A DNA stretch of 63,962 nucleotides, counting the filler, from Olpidium bornovanus S191 (taxonomy: Eukaryota > Fungi > Olpidiomycota), in NCBI GenBank assembly GCA_017911155.1. It is 34 parts of 34 records of this genome, joined end to end, with 100 filler letters (N's around TTAATTAATTAA, not from the genome) between each part and the next. Parts side by side here need not be neighbours in the genome. Positions count along the whole stretch, not along the records: positions 11,344 to 12,451 come from JAEFCI010009820.1; positions 12,552 to 13,562 come from JAEFCI010009853.1; positions 13,663 to 15,746 come from JAEFCI010008707.1; positions 15,847 to 18,253 come from JAEFCI010003522.1; positions 18,354 to 19,522 come from JAEFCI010003809.1; positions 19,623 to 21,576 come from JAEFCI010006832.1; positions 21,677 to 22,739 come from JAEFCI010006754.1; positions 22,840 to 25,442 come from JAEFCI010007047.1; 26 more parts are not named here. One strand, given 5' to 3'. The translations under genes were made by a program, and so were the position numbers. The notes beneath the pieces were generated by a model that was given only the letters and a program-made list of their open reading frames with translations, did not search any database and had not been told where the DNA came from. Below are positions 11,344 through 23,513 of the stretch, piece by piece (positions within the stretch are counted from its first letter, which is position 1; the number at the start of each line of letters is the position of its first letter).

Positions 11344-11502
11344 AAGGGCGACGTGTACATCAGCGCTGGGGAAGTGACGGGCTTGACGGCGGAGGTGGAG
11401 GAGGAGCTGCGCGCCGCGAAGAAGAGGCCGTGCTTGTCGTACGGGGACATCTCCATATCTCATGCCAGGGCCCTCTTGAAATATCTTGAGAATTTGCCAT
11501 GA
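11344..11502 (+). CDS. 3' end of an unidentified gene
   Basis: Open frame KGDVYISAGEVTGLTAEVEEELRAAKKRPCLSYGDISISHARALLKYLENLP* with coding-like codon usage, followed by T-rich 3'-UTR-like sequence. Confidence 0.55.
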   Translation, partial: KGDVYISAGEVTGLTAEVEEELRAAKKRPCLSYGDISISHARALLKYLENLP

Positions 11503-12563
11503 TAAACGTTTCAAAGGGACCTTTGGCCTTCGCCGATCTTTTCCCCCTCTATCCCGCCCCCTTCTTCTACTTTTCACTGCAAGTTGCTGCCTACTCATCA
11601 TTCCTAAATTGTCTTTTTCCTTTTTTTTCTCTGGGTTTGCGGTAACCTCGAACACGTTTCATTTTCTTTGGACTTTTCTTTCCTTTCCAAGAACGATTTT
11701 AATACGGGTCGGTTCAGTTGGCATCAAGCCTGGTATATCAAGACGGTGGCACCACTGCAGCGGCGTGTCTTTTTAGAAGCCTCTTTTTTCCTTTGTTTTT
11801 ATATCCCGCTGCCGTTTGAATATTTCGCCTCCCGTCCGCCTATTTCGCCTCCAGTACGCCCGCCCGCCTTTAGCTGTACAAACCCGAATGTTTTTTTCTA
11901 AGCTGAGAAACAAAACGCTGAGGGTGGGGGGCGTTGGCGTGTGAAGGGTGCGGTGCTTCGGCGAACAAAACGGTTATATAGTTTTTGGGTATGTTACCGG
12001 ATGGCGGAACTCGGGTCGCGGGTTTGGTTTATTAATATTATCTCCGACGACATTCCTGAGGTCATTTTGGGAGGTTTGTTCGCCCACACTAGCCGGCATA
12101 AACGACAGAGGTTCTCTTGAAGCGCGGACTTTGCCGTTCCGTTTTAACCTTTTGGGGAGTGGCGCTGGTGAAGGAGGGAGGGAGGGGGGGAGGAATTGGT
12201 GTTGGAGCGGAGCCGAAGAATGCGCAGACGCAGAGTTCGCCGCGTGTCTGTAAGAAAGGGAAGGGAAGGAGAACTGTATTCGGGGCGTTTGTTTACTAAT
12301 TTTCCCTGGCCCTATTTTATATGGCGCTAACTAAAGAATCTACGCAGGGGTAATGTGGTCTGGTGCGCTCAGTGGCCCTTTATTCTACAATTGGAAGGGT
12401 GATGTCAGAGGGGTGTGAACGGACCCCGCCCGATTTTGCGACCGCCCCATGNNNNNNNNNNNNNNNNNNNNNNNNNNNNNNNNNNNNNNNNNNNNTTAAT
12501 TAATTAANNNNNNNNNNNNNNNNNNNNNNNNNNNNNNNNNNNNNNNNNNNNCCAAAAAAAGAA

Positions 12564-12609
<46 letters not shown>

Positions 12610-13662
12610 AAAAAAAAAATACCGGTCCTGACGTCCGCCCGATCTGCACCCGCCGCCCATCCACCCACACACCGCCCGGACCCCACACTCCCCCTTCTCG
12701 GATTTGACACGAGGGACGGTATCTTGCAATCTAAAACGGACCTCCCTCCAACGGCATCTGCAAGTTTGTGTGGCCTGCGGCCCGGCCGACGAAATCGACT
12801 GCCATTCGTGGCCCACTTCTGCCAGCCGAGGGCTGCCTTGATTGGCCGGAGGGAACCTGCGCACTAGGACGAAGGCCCCGGAAGAGGAGAACTCGCAAAG
12901 ATGTCGGGGCTGTGGGAGATACAGAGCGCCCTGAATAAAGTGTGAGTTTGCGGGCGCCACGCAGCCCCGTCGCGTGTGTTTGGGACAGCATGAAGAAGTA
13001 CGTCCACGCGATGATCCGGAAGCGTCCGGGACGTTCTCCCCTCCAAAGTGGCAGCGGACGGGGGCGCTTTACGGATTTTCTGCCGGGACATCCTCAGGTG
13101 CGCGGAGACCGTGCAGATCTTCACGCTGATGAAATGATGCTCTACCCGATAGCAAAGCGGTAGTGCTCAACTACACGGAAATGGAAGCCAAAGTCCGGGA
13201 AGCGACAAGCAATGAGGTAGGAGGTGACTTCAATCACGGCGAAGGAAATTCCACAGTCTGCCCTTGGGGCCAATATTTTTCCTTGATGGCGACTCCGTTC
13301 TATCACTATCTTGTTGGCAGTTCCCGTCGCAGTTTGTAGTTTCTTGTACTCGCCTTTGGCTTTTGAAGCGCTTCAAGTTGGTGTTGAAAGCTTAATACGG
13401 GCGGCCTCGCGAAAGGTTTCTGACCTGCTCTTTTCTTGTCCTGCCTTATCAGACCTGGGGTGCATCGAGCACACTCATGCAGGAGATCGCTCAGGGCACG
13501 CAAAACTAGTACGTCTGTTAACACAGGCGGTTTTCAAGACGGTTTAATCCTGTGCACTCGGGNNNNNNNNNNNNNNNNNNNNNNNNNNNNNNNNNNNNNN
13601 NNNNNNTTAATTAATTAANNNNNNNNNNNNNNNNNNNNNNNNNNNNNNNNNNNNNNNNNNNN

Positions 13663-14280
13663 CATGACGGTTAAGATTCAGAATGACCGCCAGGTCGCTG
13701 CGGTAGAAGTCCTCGCTGGATATATGAATTTCCGGGCGCAAGGCCTTGATGAAATCAACAACCTTGGTTGCCTGGTTGATGATAGAGTCCGTATACTTGC
13801 CGTGAGAAACTCGCAAAAGTACGAACTGGTACGACGTGAACACCGTCGAACGCCTGCTAGATTATAAACGAGGACGGCTTTGAGTGGAGGGCCGCGCAAA
13901 CGGCGGCGCAATACACTCCGAGTACAATCAAACGGAGCAAAACCCGTCTCCTCGGCGGTTTTCGCGTCGCCAAAGTGACAGCTCGTGTGTGTAAAGTACC
14001 TTCGCCTGCAAAACCCAAAGGAAGTGACACAGTCCTGACAGGACTGTTCGCTCGTGACAGGCGAAGTGAGATCAAGGTGCCTCGCGCCAGGTTCGTCCGG
14101 ACCCTCCCCCGCGATCTTTACCTTGGTGCTGGAGTCGAAGAACGCGTTGGCGAACCTTTTGCACACGAGTTTTCAGGAGCCCACGCAACTTGCGACCCTT
14201 TGCGCGCAAGCCTTCGACGAACCTTCCGTCCTGGACTCGAGGACGCTGAAGTTGGCGGTCCCGCGGGCTCCTGCGCGGCT
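13663..14280 (-). pseudogene. Degraded homocitrate synthase (LYS20/LYS21/lys4 family)
   Basis: Collinear motifs NFSVLES.., FANAFFDSSTKVKIA, LDLTSPVTSEQSCQDC, THTSCHFGDAKTAEETG, GVxGVHVV.TSSY, SHGK...ATKVVDFIK...SSEDFYRSDL. There are several frameshifts and the TLREGEQ motif is destroyed. Confidence 0.85.
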
Positions 14281-14487
14281 TCCAAACGAGTTGCTCGGGC
14301 TTGCGGCCGCCTTGGCGCGGCCGCTCGCCCAGAGTGTTGCGGCGCGACGCAAGGCGGCCGGGAGGCCGGCCGGCAGCGGGGTGTGCCGCGGGGCCGCCCG
14401 CCTCCTCTCCCGCCCGCGGCGGGTTCTGCGGCCGTTTGGGGTCGCCCCACGCCGAGTTCCGCGAGTGCGCCCCGTCCTCGGAGCGCC

Positions 14488-14585
14488 GCAGGCGGACGGC
14501 GCGGCCGCCGGTTTGCCGCGGTTCAGGCCGTCACACAGGCGGACGGCGCGGCCGCCGGTTTGCCGCGGTTCAGGCCGTCACACAG
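14488..14585. repeat. Direct tandem duplication of about 48 bp
   Basis: caggcggacggcgcggccgccggtttgccgcggttcaggccgtcaca occurs twice in tandem. Confidence 0.9.
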
Positions 14586-14949
14586 GCGGCAGGAGAGGCC
14601 CCGGGGTAGGGGCGCAAGGGCGCAGCGCGGGTGAACGCCGGTTCTGCTTGAAGGACGGAGGTTGAGTCCGGCGGTCCGAGAGGCCGACGGCGGCTGCGAA
14701 CCGAAGAGCCAGCCGGGGGGAAGCGCGGCGCGCGGGGGCGTCTGTGAGTTCAGTTTGCGGAGCGTCTGTGAGCGAGAGCGGCGGCTGCTGCGACGGCGGA
14801 GGAAGACGAGGACCGGCCCCGGACACGCCGCGCGCACGTGATCACACCCCCCTTCTTCCCCGCGCCCGCACACGTCCGATCAATTCTCTGTACACGGCAG
14901 AAGACACACGTGCACTGTCAACCATCTCTGTAACAGCATCAAGTGCACA

Positions 14950-15300
14950 CCCAAATACCGGCGGCCACCAAAAAAAAAAAAACGAACATGGAAAAGAAAA
15001 AACCACGCAGGCGGCCGCCAAAAAAAAGAGCATTCAGGCGAATCAAAAAAAAAACAAACAAAACAGCATGCGCCGGAGGCTGGTAAAAACAGAACAAAGT
15101 CAAAAAGCATAATATCTACCAGAGGAGCACAAAAAAAAGGAAAACCGCACACCGGCGGCCATCCAAAAAAAAACCACACACCGGCGACCATTAAAAAGTA
15201 AAAAGATGCATGCCCGTTGGCCATCGGAGGAAAAGAAAATATTTTTACACCCGTGGCTGTCAAAATAAAAAAAAAACATATATGCCCGTTGTCAAAAAGG
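14950..15300. repeat. Degenerate A-rich repeat (caccggcggcca-A tract units)
   Basis: Variants of accggcggcca..(A)n at about 14956, 15006, 15149 and 15178. Confidence 0.55.
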
Positions 15301-15846
15301 GGGGAGGGGGGGAAATGTACATTGGGGGCCATTGCAGAGCTGCATCTGTGAATCAACTTTCTTATCTCGTCCCCTGCAAATCGTGATCAGCCGGCCATGC
15401 AGGCGACGCCCCCGACATGATTCCCACAGCCTTCTTCTTTCACTTCACCCATCGACCGGCGTCCGTCCTCTGCGTCGACCGGCGGCTTCCCTCCGTCGTT
15501 ACCCCCCCGTCGCGCTCGAGCGTGACCGCGACTCGGGCTCCCCCGCCTATACAAACCGCCATCCCTTCCGTCTTTCCCCCGCATTCCGCAAAGACTGCCA
15601 GCCCGCCCCTCGGTCGTCCGGCTTGGAATCATGCACTTGGGCTCGCGGGACGCGCGCGTGAGCGATTGATCCAATCACGCGCGAGCGAAGCAAGCAGGAT
15701 CTTGCACTTTCTCCTCCCACATTCCAAAAGTCTGGTGGGGGCAGCCNNNNNNNNNNNNNNNNNNNNNNNNNNNNNNNNNNNNNNNNNNNNTTAATTAATT
15801 AANNNNNNNNNNNNNNNNNNNNNNNNNNNNNNNNNNNNNNNNNNNN

Positions 15847-18253
15847 CAGCTTCCTAGAGTCGCCGTGCTTGCATCAGAAATTCTCAACACGACTCAAGCA
15901 CCCCCCCCGAACCCTGGCCCTGATGCCATATTCCTCGCGGCCGTGTTCGCCGTTTTCATATACATGGGACCCAACGTCGTTGCGGCTGTGATGGCTTTCC
16001 ACATTGGAAGGGGGCTCGAGAACGGTCACAGGAAGCGGTGAGAATCACCCACCAGATTTGTCCCTAGAAGTGCCGTCCGTGGCTGCCCGCCACTTTTTTT
16101 CACGGTGGGCCGACGCTAAAACCACCACCCCCGTCGCGCATGCCGTAATACCTCGGCAGGTTCATTCGAACCAAGATCGTCCAATTCGACCGCGACCGCC
16201 TAATCCGCGACCGCGACCGGTCGGCGAAGCTCTTGGCTATCGTTTTTCCGGAGCCCGTCATTTCCCGGCTGCTAAGCCTCCGCCACGCGAGGAAATTCGA
16301 AAGCGCGGTGGAGCGGAGCGAGCGCGCGTTGGCAGGGAACGACGGCGCCGGCGAATTCTTTGCTGTCGACGAGCTCGCAGCGGCCGTAGATCCCGGTTCA
16401 CAGGACGACGAAGAGGAACAAAACGCTGACCCGTCGCCATACGCCGGCCTTGAACTGTCCGAGCGGATCAACGGCGTTGCCGTGGCTTTCATAGACTTTT
16501 ACGCGCAAGACATTTTCGAGGGAATCGGCGGAGAACAGGGACGCTGCCCTCACAGCCTGGCGCATGCAAAAAGGTCCGTCGGTCTCTTAAACCTGACGTT
16601 CGAGAAGTTCGACGCCCTCCTGGAGCGCTACCCAGACATCGAAAAAATTAAGGTGGGTTGGGACATAAAACAATTCGGATAAAACAATTTTTTTTCGCGA
16701 ACTTGTGGTGGCCGGGCGGCGACTTGCAACTGCGGCTTCGTTACCAGCAATCTGCAGCTAATAAGCAGTGCGTTCCGTCCGCTTCCGTTTGAATAAATCT
16801 TGCCAATAGACTATTGGGACTAAAGTAATGATAGCCGCCGGACTCTTCGACAGCGACAGTTACAAGAGCTCACCTGAACCGGGCGCGCCGTCGATAAGAT
16901 GGCGACGGAACACGAAGAGCTCCTTGAGAACACTAGGATCCTCTTCGAGCGGCCAATCTTTTTTCCGAGAAGCCGTTGCCGAACGTTCCTTGTCGCTTAT
17001 TCGAATGGCCCTTGAGGCTCTCGGAACTATGAGCAGGTACGAGGCGGGCGAGCTGGACGAACTCGACGACACCAAGCTTGACGCCGCCGTTGTCAGCGGC
17101 TGCTCTTGTCCGGCCGGCCGCGGCTTGGAGGTCGTCCAACAGCGCTCCGTCCGTGTCGGCATTGCCTCCGGGTCCGTGGTGGCGGGGATCGTCGGCCTGG
17201 AGAGGTTCTGTCTCGACCTGTGGGGCGACGCCGTGAACACAGGTGTGTGTGCGGGAGAGCCACGACCAGCTTCAGCGTCGCGCAGCAGGCGAGCGTCGTT
17301 GCCCCGGTCGCGGGGCAGCGGCGCCGTTCTCCTAAACGCTACGGGTTCGTCCTCCGCCCGACAGCCAGCCGCATGCTATCGGCAGCGTCGGCACGCGACG
17401 TCGTCGTGACGCAGGAGATCAAGGAGCGACTCAAGGGCCGCAAGTTGTCGGTTAAGCGGGGATCGGAGGAAGGGACGCCAGGTGAAAAGATGAGCGCGCG
17501 AACCGCCCCGGCCGGTTTTTTTTTTTTTTTTTTTTTTTGTGTTGCAGAAATGTATTATATACCAGCAATTGACACGTGCTCTTCCACTTCCCCCACACCC
17601 CTTTACCTTATCCCCCGGGCAAAAAACAAAAAAAAATTCTCTCATTCCGCACCATACCAACCCCGTCAACGCAAACGCTCGAAAAATGTCCGGATTTCGC
17701 CCACATCTGGCGGCGGCGGCAGCAGCCGCATCACCAAAGCCGCTGCCATCGGCGCCAGCAGAAGGAGACTTCCGTTTTCAGTCGTTGGGCACGCGAGAAA
17801 TAAAAGGCAAGGGCGTGATGGAGCTGTTTGCCGTGCGTCCGGGAACGCAAAGGATGCTGCCGGTGGGCCCCACCTTGCCCGCATCCAAAAATCCGCACGC
17901 CAGGAGAACCGGCACCAGCATTAAAAGGAGGCCCACGAAATACAGGCGCGCGGCAGCCGAACTTGCTCAGGCCGCCATTGGCCTGGCGGAGGATGCCGGC
18001 AGTAGCGAGCCGACGCGCTCGCGCGGGTCGCTGCCGGCCGCCGCGTCACGAAGTCCGCGGGTCAGGTATTCCCTGCCGCCGACAAGTGACGCGCACAGAC
18101 GAGTTCATATGCCAGAAGCCCCCTTTGTTGATTCACTGGGTTCTCAGAACGCCATTACCACCTCGCTGAAACCTGGAATGTATCAGCACTTAGAGAGTCC
18201 AGAGTTCCGAATTGAAAACTACGGCAACGGGCAAGCAACAGGCGGACACCATG
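15847..18253 (+). CDS. Membrane-associated class III adenylyl-cyclase-like protein, truncated at both ends
   Basis: TM stretch AIFLAAVFAVFIYMGPNVVAAVMAFH; helical linker RSAKLLAIVFPEPVISRL; cyclase motifs AVAFIDF, LLNLTFEKFDALL..EKIK|TIGTKVMIAAGL, VRVGIASGSVVAGIVG..FCLDLWGDAVNT|ASRM, EIKGKGVM. Confidence 0.9.
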
Positions 18254-18353
18254 NNNNNNNNNNNNNNNNNNNNNNNNNNNNNNNNNNNNNNNNNNNNTTA
18301 ATTAATTAANNNNNNNNNNNNNNNNNNNNNNNNNNNNNNNNNNNNNNNNNNNN

Positions 18354-19392
18354 CATGAAGGCGATTATCGTCAGATCCAGCTCTTTCCGGATCTGCTGCG
18401 CGAGCTCAAGATGATTCCTTCCCGTTCGCTCGAATTCGGCGCGCACCACGTCGAGCGAATTCTTCAGCGTGCTGGTCGGACAAAAGGGCCGCACCGCGGG
18501 GGACGGTCGTCAAATCCCGTACGCGCGCACAAGCTTACAACAACAGACGGCGACGCGCACCCCCCCCCCCCTCTCTCGCCCAAAAAAAAACTTGCCAAAA
18601 AAAGACGAAAAAAAACCCGTGCTGACCCTTCTTCCTTCTCGCCAAACGACGACTTGGACATCTTGACGAGCCTCTTTCCGTAATCCTCCTCCAAGGACGC
18701 TCTGAAAAAGCGCGGTTTTTTTTTTGTTTGTTTCCGCGGTCAGGGACAGGGGGTTGTGGGGAAATCCAGATGTAAAACAACCGCCGACAAAATAGAGCTG
18801 GCCGCGATCGCGGGGTCGCCCCCAGGCTGGACAGCGCGCGGATCGGAGGGGTCGTGGGGGGGGGGCGCACCGGTTGAGCAACAGGTCCTTGATTTCTTTC
18901 GATACCTGCTTGCCGCGTCGGAGCCGCGCCAGGACCGCATCCAACCCAGCGTCGTCTTTTCCCTGAAAGGAGTCGCGCGGGGAAGGGGGGGGGGGTCAGC
19001 GTGCCGACCAAGAAGGTTCGGCGGGGGCGAAAGGCGCGAGCGATCTTCGTTTGCCGGTGAAAAGGGGGCCCGGGGAGGGGGGGGCCGGGGGGCAGAAGGC
19101 GGGAGGAGAAGGCGAACGGGCGAGGGCCGGCACGGACCCAGAAGTGGTCCGCGAACGCCAGGCGCGGGCCCTTCGCCTGCGGCTGCTGGTGCGGCGGCCG
19201 GCCGCGGCGGCCGTTCCCGTCGCCGGCGGCGCCGGAAAGGAGCGAGGGGGTCCCCGTGGGCTGATCCCGAGGCGCGCCGGCGGCGGGGGCGAGGGCGGGC
19301 GACTCGGCCAGGGCGGGGTCTGCGCGCAGGGACGGCGGCGAGGATCCGGCGGCGCCCGCCTCGAGCGACGAAGCGGCGGAGGGCGCGTACAT
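18354..19392 (-). CDS. F-BAR/FCH protein of the Cdc15/Hof1/PSTPIP family, 5' part
   Basis: ATG at 19392; FADHFW|GKDDAGLDAVLARLRRGKQVSKEIKDLLLNR|..EEDYGKRLVKMSK..|TLKNSLDVVRAEFERTGRNHLELAQQIRKEL. Confidence 0.9.
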
Positions 19393-19412
19393 TGCTTGCG
19401 AAGTGATTCTGC

Positions 19413-19445
<33 letters not shown>

Positions 19446-19703
19446 CGGTTTCCTCTCTTCCCTTCCGGTTTTTCCCCCTCCCCCCCCCCCCCCCCCCCCC
19501 CCCCCGCCCCCCCCCGGCGGCCNNNNNNNNNNNNNNNNNNNNNNNNNNNNNNNNNNNNNNNNNNNNTTAATTAATTAANNNNNNNNNNNNNNNNNNNNNN
19601 NNNNNNNNNNNNNNNNNNNNNNCCCCCCCCCCCCCCCGCCTCTTGCCCCGCCGCATACCCCTGCTTCCCTCCCGAAACCAACTTTCCCACCCACCCCCCC
19701 CCT

Positions 19704-19734
<31 letters not shown>

Positions 19735-19873
19735 GGATATAAAAGCAGCCTCGGGGCAATCCCCAGAATTCACTTCTTCGCGTTCCTCCAGGTTTCTTAC
19801 AAGCGGCCCTCACAAGCAGTTCCAACTGCTTTTTCGAAAAAAAAAAAAGAGAAAAAAAAATCCAGTCCGAAAG

Positions 19874-19938
19874 ATGAGGAGCGTCCTTTCCCTCGCCGTG
19901 TTCGCCGGCGTTGCGGCCGCTTTTCCGCAACAGCAGCA

Positions 19939-19998
<60 letters not shown>

Positions 19999-21129
19999 GG
20001 GGCCGTGCACGCCGGACGTCCTCAGAGGCTTCATGATAACCTCCCCGGTCAGCATGGGGTTGCTGAACGTGAGTATTTTCGAGGGATATTTTTGCGGAAA
20101 AAAAACGCTCCTTTGGACTCGGTCTTTTCTAACCCGGCCCCGATTTCGACTCCTAATTCCCTCTCCTCCCCCGCCCACCTTTCTCGCACCCTCCGCCCAC
20201 TCTGGGATGGGAAAAAAAAACAACAGAATTCACAGGCCATTCTGCCTGACGGCGCGACGTTCCTCGATCCGTCGAACACCACGATGCTCTTGCAAGCGGA
20301 GCCGACGAAGCAGGGCGAGAACCAAACGCTCAGCGGGATGAAGTTCACAAACGACACCGAAGTCTCGGTCGAGCTGCCGCAGAAAAGCGCTTTTGCCGTC
20401 TCCTGGGTGCAGCAGGAGGAGGGCCAGCAGCCGGGCCAGAGGCAGGGCGCGCAGGCGCCCGGTCAGGCGCCCGCCCAGCAGCCGCCCGCCCAGACGCCCG
20501 CCCAGCAGGCGCCCGCCCGGCCGACACCCACGCCGCAGCCCGCCCGGCTAGTGAACGGGATGCAGGCGCAGCAGCCCCAGGAGCACCAGCAGAAGCTGCC
20601 GTCGACTCAGGTCCTGCCGACCGGTCTCCAGATGGTCGATCCGCAAGGCAACGTTCGGAACGTTACGGAGGTAATCAGCTTGTTTGGAACCGCCGAAGCC
20701 GCCGATCAGCACGGCGAGGGGGAGCAGCCGGCTGTCGGCGCGCAACAGGCCCCCGCGCCGCAGCAACCGGCGCAGCCCGCCCAGCCGCAGCCCGCCCAGC
20801 CGCAGCCCGCCCAGCCGCCGGCGGGACAGCCCGGTCAGCAGCAGAAGGCGGCCAAACCGCAGATGCCTGACAACGTCGGAGGAGCGGTCGCTTACATCGG
20901 GCCCGAGTGAGTTTCCGGAAAGGGCGGAGGAAGGGCATCGAAAAGCCGCCGACACTGAATTTCTTTTTTCTTGGATCTCAATTTACAGGATTCCGCCGGG
21001 AACGTATTCGTTCCTGATCACCACGAAAGTCACCAAAGGAGGCCAGCAACAGGCCGTCGCCGCCCAACAGGCTGGCGGTCAACAGCAGAACTACACCTGC
21101 CGCATCCTCACCCACCCTATCCGCGTGCT
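19874..21129 (+). CDS. Secreted Gln/Pro-rich protein with a 23-residue polyQ tract directly after the signal peptide; function unknown; 3' end not resolved
   Basis: MRSVLSLAVFAGVAAAFP followed by Q23 (19928-19996), GT-AG introns, Q/P/A-rich spacers (QPAQPQPAQP) between beta-strand-like segments, and N-x-T sequons. Confidence 0.8.
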
Positions 21130-22324
21130 GTACGTAATCGGCCTGCGCCCCGTTTTTCGAACATTTTTTTTTGGTTTCCCCGCGATAACAGCTGCGTAAA
21201 CGGCCGCGGTTTTTTTTTTTGTGCGCCAAACAGGAATGCGGTCCGTAAGGCGGGCTGAGGCGTCCACAGGTCGAGAAGAGAGATGGCGCAATTAGCGGTT
21301 TCATCGGAAGATTTGGCTTTTACCTTTTATGGCCCGCGACCTGGTTTGCTTTTACCGACGGCTGGCACCCGGCACCCCCCCCCCCCCCCCCCCCCCTCCC
21401 CCCCCCCCCTTTCCCCCCCCCCTTTCCCCCCAAAGCCCGCCCCTTCCGGGGGGGGGGGGCCGGGGCCGTTTTTTTTTTTTTAAAAAAAAAAAAACAAAAA
21501 AAAAAAGAAAAAGGCGCGCCCTGCCGCACGGTGGAAGGTTGCAGGCGAAAAGCCGTTCTTCCGGGCGGCTTCTTTCNNNNNNNNNNNNNNNNNNNNNNNN
21601 NNNNNNNNNNNNNNNNNNNNTTAATTAATTAANNNNNNNNNNNNNNNNNNNNNNNNNNNNNNNNNNNNNNNNNNNNCGACCCGGCGGGTGCGGTAGGAAG
21701 ATCGTCAGGACGCCCGAGACGCGGCAAAAGAAAGCAGCCAAAAAACGGAAAAATCCGCGAACCCCTTGTCTACCGGCACACCTTGTATGGGTTCATGCGC
21801 CTGACGGGTTTGTTTCCGTCTCCCCCCCCCCCCCCCCCTCCCCCCCCCCCCCCCGCCCCGGGGGCCTACCCAAACACCCAAACCCCCCCCCCCCCCCCCC
21901 CCGCGCGCGCGCTTTTGGTTCCCGCAGGCTCTCCGGGGAGTTACAAAGAGTTCGTTAAACGATGAGAAGAACAAAAAAAAAAAAAAGAACAGGCGCGGAA
22001 CAAGCCCCGCATACCACCCCGCGCGCTTTTCGCGTCTGCGAAGTCTTCTGAGAGGCGGTCCGGTTTCGAACGGGCGACGGACGCCAAGAAACGGAAAGGG
22101 CGGGCCGCGACGCAGAAAAACCCGCTTCGAGTAGCGAAAGAACTGCCGGACCGCCAGCGATCGCCGCCCCGATCGCATCCGGGCCGGCACGTGGAACTCG
22201 GTGCGTGAAAATGTCGACGAGCCGCCAACGGCAGTAATAGCACTCAGGGACAACGGGGGGGGGTGAGGGGGAGGGGGGGGGGAAAAGTCGGGTCGCGGCG
22301 CGCGGAAGTTGTTAACTCCGTTTG

Positions 22325-22625
22325 CCGCACCTCGGTGAGCTTCGCTCCCTCGAAGATAGTGTGGGTTTCCGCTTGATCATCGCGTGGAAAAGTAAAGTTA
22401 TATTGTCAAAGGGCGCCCCGGCCCGCGATCCCTTATTCCTGATCCCTGAGAATTCTGCGAGGTCGTTGTAAGTATCGGAGATGCGCGCATACTTAATGTT
22501 CCAACCATGCTCCTCTTCGTGGTAAGCGCTGAACATATCATTTTCGGAAGACCGGCGTTCTCGGAGAACCAACATCTGGATAGCGTATTGAATTGCCGTG
22601 TTGACGCCCCAGCCGGTCCATGTCG
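22325..22625 (-). CDS. Probable internal exon of an unidentified gene
   Basis: Stop-free stretch of about 100 codons (WTGWGVNTAIQYAIQMLVLRERRSSENDMFSAYHEEEHGWNIKYARIS...) ending at a GTGCGG donor; no family recognised. Confidence 0.35.
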
Positions 22626-22845
22626 GCGCACGCAACGCAGGCGGTTTCCCTTCTTGTCAGCGCAAAAGCAATCGCCGCACGACGGCGTATTTCCGGAGTC
22701 ACATTCGGTTGCTCTTCTCTAGCCTGAGGACGGACGAAANNNNNNNNNNNNNNNNNNNNNNNNNNNNNNNNNNNNNNNNNNNNTTAATTAATTAANNNNN
22801 NNNNNNNNNNNNNNNNNNNNNNNNNNNNNNNNNNNNNNNAAAAAC

Positions 22846-22876
<31 letters not shown>

Positions 22877-22908
22877 AACCCCGGGTTTTTCCGCCCCCGG
22901 GGGGGGGG

Positions 22909-22947
<39 letters not shown>

Positions 22948-23513
22948 AAAAAGCCGCTGGAGCCGGGGCGGGGCCCGGGATCGGCGAGCAGGAGGGACGG
23001 GGAGCGGGTTCGGGAATCCTACAACGGACGGAGGGCAAGCGAAAACAAATTTCCGCGTTGGCAAAAAAGGGCAGAGAAGTCGAACTGAGCACAACCGTCC
23101 TCACCCGACGAGCGGTGCTTGCGGCCTGCATGCCACGAGTCAAAAAAAATTCATATATTTGGTGAGAAGCGCGCGTCGCGAATTTCTTCGAGTAAAAAAA
23201 GTAAAGCGGCCGGGGGGGGGGACCGCCGAGCGGATAACGCGGCGGCGGAAGACAGCCTGCGCGCCTTCCTGGCCGCGGCCGCACGCACGGGACCTGGGGA
23301 TGTTATCTAAAAAAGACATCATGTTCTTGCAATTCAGGACTTCCTGAAAAAGAAAACGTGACAGCGCCGAACATTGGATGGTCTAACAACAAAAAAAAGA
23401 ATAACGAAAAAATCGGGAATGTATGCAAATGGCGATTGCCCAATCATGGCAAGTAAGGAGATTCTAGACTACAGTGTGTTTGCCTTGCTTGAAACGTTTT
23501 CTTCTTGCACCAA

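Noticed and set aside
12552-13562. Tc1 transposase (VWDSMKKYV) or Helitron (FLPGHPQ) remnant
   Set aside because: Only isolated short motif resemblances, with no collinear DDE or Rep motifs.
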